Assembly: GCA_019058295.1 (NCBI GenBank)
Contig: JAHPZI010000028.1
Span: 64,001-128,000 of the forward strand
Origin: Promethearchaeota archaeon
Lineage (GTDB): Archaea; Asgardarchaeota; Lokiarchaeia; Sigyniarchaeales; SOKP01
DNA: 64,000 bases
Direction of reading: 5' to 3'
The notes under the pieces are model-generated. The model saw only the letters and a program-made list of their open reading frames with translations, did no database searches and was not told the origin of the DNA. This document shows positions 60,513-64,000 of this stretch, in pieces; position 1 is the stretch's first letter; each line of letters starts with the position of its first letter. Made by a program: the position numbers and the translations under genes.

Positions 60513-61052
60513 ATGATTTCAGAAAAATTAAAATTGGACGATATTGACCGTAAAATAATATCATTAGTTCAAGAGCAACCTCATTTAACTCACACTGAGA
60601 TTGCCGATCAAATAGAAAGAAGCCAACCTACAGTTGGGATGCGTATAAAAAAGCTAGAAAAATCAGGCGTATTACAATTTCAACCTGGTATTAATTTCAA
60701 AAAGGTAGAGATTTTCATGGCAACTGTTGAAGTAAATACTAAAGATCCAGAGCATTTAATGGATATGGCAAAATGCTGCCCGTTCATGCTCAATGCGTTC
60801 CGTGTAAGTGGTGAATATAATGTCTGTATACTTTTAGCGAGTTCAGAACTCAGAAAATTAGAGAATGTTGTGAATTACCATTTCCGTGGGAAACCAGATG
60901 TGAGTAAGGTTTCAATGAATGTTGTAACAGAGATTGCAAAAGATTTTATTCTTCCTATCGATTTTGATTCTGAAGATCACGAACCAACAATAGAAGAAGG
61001 ATGCGGAGAGAAATGTAAATATCTCATCGCTAAAAAAGAAGGTAAGATTTGA
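60513..61052 (+). CDS. Lrp/AsnC family regulator with Cys-containing tail
   Basis: LDDIDRKII, HTH SQPTVGMRIKKLE, SGEYN; tail CGEKC. Confidence 0.92.
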   Translation: MISEKLKLDDIDRKIISLVQEQPHLTHTEIADQIERSQPTVGMRIKKLEKSGVLQFQPGINFKKVEIFMATVEVNTKDPEHLMDMAKCCPFMLNAFRVSGEYNVCILLASSELRKLENVVNYHFRGKPDVSKVSMNVVTEIAKDFILPIDFDSEDHEPTIEEGCGEKCKYLIAKKEGKI

Positions 61053-61068
61053 AGTAATAAAAATTTGC

Positions 61069-61638
61069 TTATTCTTCTTTCTCTATCTCTTGAAACTTAA
61101 ATTTGGGTATTTCTTCTTTTAAATGACATCCAGGTCCACAGTAACGTCCGTCGAAATTTTCGATTTGAAAGTCAATAGGTACTACAAAGTCGTGAATACT
61201 TTCAATCAAGATATTTGTCTTGACATTTAGTACATCTACATCTTTCCTAAAACAGAGATCAATTAATTTCTCAATAGTTTGCAAATCTGATGCAGATATA
61301 ATACATAATAGGTTGTATTCTCCGCTAATTTTAAAAGCATGATTAATAAAAGGACAATCTTTAATTTTATCTACGATTTTTTCGACATCCTTCGTTGAGA
61401 TGAATACTATTGTCGATACAATATCGACTTTTTTAATATTAAAGCCAACTTGTTTAGTTATTAAGTTTTTACGCTCTAATTTTATAATTCGGGCGCCCAC
61501 AGCTGGTTGGCTTTTTTCAATTTCCTTTGCGATGTCCGAATGTGTAATATCAGGATTTTTTTCAATCATCTCGATGATCTTTTTATCATCGTCATCAATA
61601 TTTAATAACTCGTTAAATGTTTTTTTTTTCATTTCCAT
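61069..61638 (-). CDS. Lrp/AsnC family regulator with Cys-containing tail
   Basis: DDKKII, SQPAVGARIIKLE, SGEYN; tail CGPGCH. Confidence 0.92.
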   Translation of the reverse strand: MEMKKKTFNELLNIDDDDKKIIEMIEKNPDITHSDIAKEIEKSQPAVGARIIKLERKNLITKQVGFNIKKVDIVSTIVFISTKDVEKIVDKIKDCPFINHAFKISGEYNLLCIISASDLQTIEKLIDLCFRKDVDVLNVKTNILIESIHDFVVPIDFQIENFDGRYCGPGCHLKEEIPKFKFQEIEKEE

Positions 61639-61796
61639 AATGACAATATCTCTAAATAATAAAAATTTAGTGTTAATGAATATAAATCTTTTTAACTGTA
61701 TCGTTGTTAGTTAATAAACCGATTTGAATTTATTGTTTTATTTTATAAATTTTCTTAAAAAAAAATAAATTAGTAATTTATTTTAGTATTTGATTT

Positions 61797-62339
61797 TTAT
61801 AAGACTTCAAGTATAGCTTCAATATTGAGCCATCCTTGTTTTGCGTGGATTATTTTACCATCTGAATCAACAACAAACTGTCCTGGTCCTTGTTGTTCCC
61901 AACCTTCGTAGTCACCGTGTTCAATCCCCGCTTTCATGGACTCTTTTAATTTAGATCTCACTTCTTTTATAGCTTCTGTAGTCATCCTTCCCAATCCATA
62001 ATCTTTATAGAGTTCTTTTTTTGAACTGGGGATAACCGGAAAATTGATATTTTTCTTTTCTATGAATTCTTTTGCTGTTTTTTCTCCGGATTGAGTTATA
62101 TATAGCAATTTAGCACCTTTATTTTCAATTTCAGTTAACCTAGCCAATAAATCGTTTAAATCTAGTTGACAAATAGGACAACCAAAATATCTTGAAAAAA
62201 TTAAGACAATTTTTTGTTTTTCTATTTCCTCTGCCAACTCAATAGTTCCTGCATTGTATGAGTCTAATCTGAATAATGGAGCTTTATCTCCAACCTTTAC
62301 TTCATTTACTACCACTTTTCTTCCCTCTTTTAGTGTCAA
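61797..62339 (-). CDS. Peroxiredoxin-like (AhpC/TSA-type) redoxin
   Basis: VGDKAP.F.L, FSRYFGCPIC, QGPGQFVVD..G.I. Confidence 0.85.
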   Translation of the reverse strand: MTLKEGRKVVVNEVKVGDKAPLFRLDSYNAGTIELAEEIEKQKIVLIFSRYFGCPICQLDLNDLLARLTEIENKGAKLLYITQSGEKTAKEFIEKKNINFPVIPSSKKELYKDYGLGRMTTEAIKEVRSKLKESMKAGIEHGDYEGWEQQGPGQFVVDSDGKIIHAKQGWLNIEAILEVL

Positions 62340-62517
62340 GATTTTAAAATTCTATTTGGATCTATAAATTATACATTCAATTTTTAAATTCAATTAGATA
62401 TAATTATTGTGTTAAGAAAATAAATATTTATTATAAAACCATTGAAAGTTTTTAAGATTTAATATATTAAATCTTAATAAATAGTTTAAAATATATACAA
62501 TAGAAGTGATTTATAAA

Positions 62518-63309
62518 ATGGTAAAAAAAGAATATATTTGCGACGCTGGTAAAAAAAGTAAAATAGTTATTGAAGATTTATCGTTTCAGATTAATGAAGG
62601 TGCAACTCTAATATTAGGATTTGCAGGTATTGGATTAATAGGGCCTATCGTGGCAAATCAGCTCATAGAACAAATTCCGGATATTAAAGAAATCGGTTTT
62701 CTAGTAAGTGATTTCCTCCCACCAATAAGTGTATTTTATCAAGGAGTTTTGAAGCATCCATTTAGGCTACTCTATACTCCTCAGCATAACATAATTGTTG
62801 GTGTTTGTGAAGTTCCCTTTCAAACTCCTTCTGCTTACAACGACCTTTCAAAAACTATATGTAATTGGGCACTTTCTGACGATGTAAAGGCAAAAGAAAT
62901 AGTTATTTTTCAAGGAATACCCCAAAGGGGAATAATAGACGATTATCCTGTTTATTATGCTGCTGAAGCCGAAATGATAGACGATCTTGAAAAGCATGGT
63001 ATTCAAAAAGTGGAAAAAGGAATTATTGTGGGTCCTGAAGCCACCGTCCTAAATGAAGCTTTGACAAATAGATTAACCTCTTACGCGCTATTCACGCCCG
63101 TATTAGAAATTCCTACACCTGAGGGTGCCGCAGCAATTATTGAGGTTTTAAATGATATTTACAATTTAAATATAGAGACCAGTAAATTAATTGAGGAGGG
63201 TAAAGAGATTAAAGCTAAAATGCTTGAATTGGCACAAAAAGCACAACAATATCAGAAACAACAACAATTACCTGGAACAGGAAAAGAATATACGCAATAT
63301 TTCCAATAA
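62518..63309 (+). CDS. PAC2-family proteasome assembly chaperone
   Basis: LILGFAGIGLIG.IVA, P.P.GAA.IIE, IET.KLIEEG.EI. ATG at 62518 chosen as start. Confidence 0.87.
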   Translation: MVKKEYICDAGKKSKIVIEDLSFQINEGATLILGFAGIGLIGPIVANQLIEQIPDIKEIGFLVSDFLPPISVFYQGVLKHPFRLLYTPQHNIIVGVCEVPFQTPSAYNDLSKTICNWALSDDVKAKEIVIFQGIPQRGIIDDYPVYYAAEAEMIDDLEKHGIQKVEKGIIVGPEATVLNEALTNRLTSYALFTPVLEIPTPEGAAAIIEVLNDIYNLNIETSKLIEEGKEIKAKMLELAQKAQQYQKQQQLPGTGKEYTQYFQ

Positions 63310-63891
63310 TATCTTCAAAAAATGAACTTAATTTTTTAAAAAAATGAACTTTATTAGCTCTTTTTTTCTTAATTTGAATAAGCATGAAAGAAAAATTTAT
63401 ACCCATTCAGATTGATCAAAATCAGTGCTTAAGATGCGAAAGATGTCTAAGAGCTTGTAAAGCAAAAGCAATATATTTTGAACATGGAATTAGACTGGTT
63501 GATTATTCTAAGTGTAAGGCATGTCTTAATTGCGTGCAAGTATGTCCAAGAAATGCTATTGAAGTAACTTCAATAGTTGGCCAACAACAAGTACTTACAG
63601 TTAAAATTGAACACGAACGCTGTAATTTATGCGGGAAATGTGTAGACAATGAAGCTAAATTATGTCCAAATAATCTATTTTACATAGGCAAAATACGAGT
63701 TAATGGTAAGGAAATTGATGGAGTTAAATTTAAATTTAAGGAAATTGCTAAATGTCAAGGTTGCTTAAAGTGTGAATTATCCTGCCCTGAGAACGCAATC
63801 AAACCAATAAAATTTGAAGGTTAGATTTAATAATAAATAAATTATCTTCTTTTTAGAACAGGTAGAGAATATACGCAATATTTTCAATAAT
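63275..63891 (+). repeat. 36-bp direct repeat (33/36 identical) at 63275-63310 and 63856-63891 flanking the polyferredoxin gene
   Basis: gaacaggaaaagaatatacgcaatatttccaataat vs gaacaggtagagaatatacgcaatattttcaataat. Confidence 0.85.
63384..63824 (+). CDS. Polyferredoxin (four 4Fe-4S motifs)
   Basis: CLRCERC...C, CKACLNC...CP, CNLCGKC....CP, CQGCLKC...CP. Confidence 0.9.
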   Translation: MKEKFIPIQIDQNQCLRCERCLRACKAKAIYFEHGIRLVDYSKCKACLNCVQVCPRNAIEVTSIVGQQQVLTVKIEHERCNLCGKCVDNEAKLCPNNLFYIGKIRVNGKEIDGVKFKFKEIAKCQGCLKCELSCPENAIKPIKFEG

Positions 63892-64000
63892 CAATCGGGA
63901 AATTAATTTTTTCAATAATTTGATTTTTTCCATGATCTGGCGCCTTCTATTATTGCTAATATACCACTCATTAAAATGATATAAAAGCTAATAAAGGGAG

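Noticed and set aside
61797-62339. Possible selenoprotein (redoxin) or TGA readthrough
   Set aside because: The active site is encoded as plain Cys (GCPIC); I noticed no in-frame TGA at catalytic positions or SECIS-like element.
1594-63406. Short ORFs in the track lying antisense or out of frame within longer genes (e.g. 38841-39455, 40186-40821, 49421-49831, 29932-30156, 61400-61714)
   Set aside because: They overlap well-supported genes and have shadow-like composition with no motifs.
1-64000. CRISPR array, rRNA or IS elements
   Set aside because: No regularly spaced repeats, long GC-rich structural RNA or transposase motifs were seen by eye.

Overview
AT-rich archaeal chromosomal DNA, most likely Asgard (Lokiarchaeia-like). 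The assignment is inferred from an Arf/Ras-like small GTPase, longin- and DENN-like domains, 7TM proteins, an IPxG-TM C-terminal anchor, two PAC2 proteasome chaperones and tRNA introns with bulge-helix-bulge-type motifs. Housekeeping genes (rpiA, purE, dut, gatC, smc-scpB, cysS, sfsA) are mixed with fatty-acid/anaerobic metabolism genes (FadH-like, thiolase, ACD alpha, PrpD, glycyl radical enzyme, ferredoxins) and many lineage-specific hypotheticals. I saw no CRISPR array, rRNA or transposase. Highlights: (1) a tRNA-Cys(GCA) directly upstream of cysS with a 30-nt intron at 10/11, a class-II-like variable arm and altered D/T-loop consensus; (2) a tRNA-Ala(GGC) with a 30-nt T-loop intron at 59/60; (3) a small GTPase co-encoded with a uDENN/longin-wHTH fusion, near a receptor-like longin protein, with a separate cDENN-like gene elsewhere; (4) a Whirly/PC4-like protein divergent from a CoiA-like nuclease; (5) a 1208-aa multi-Lrp-like protein followed by an unannotated 38-aa signal-peptide ORF; (6) an orphan glycyl radical enzyme with a KVGGY loop. 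All family calls are motif recognition by eye; no database searches were run.
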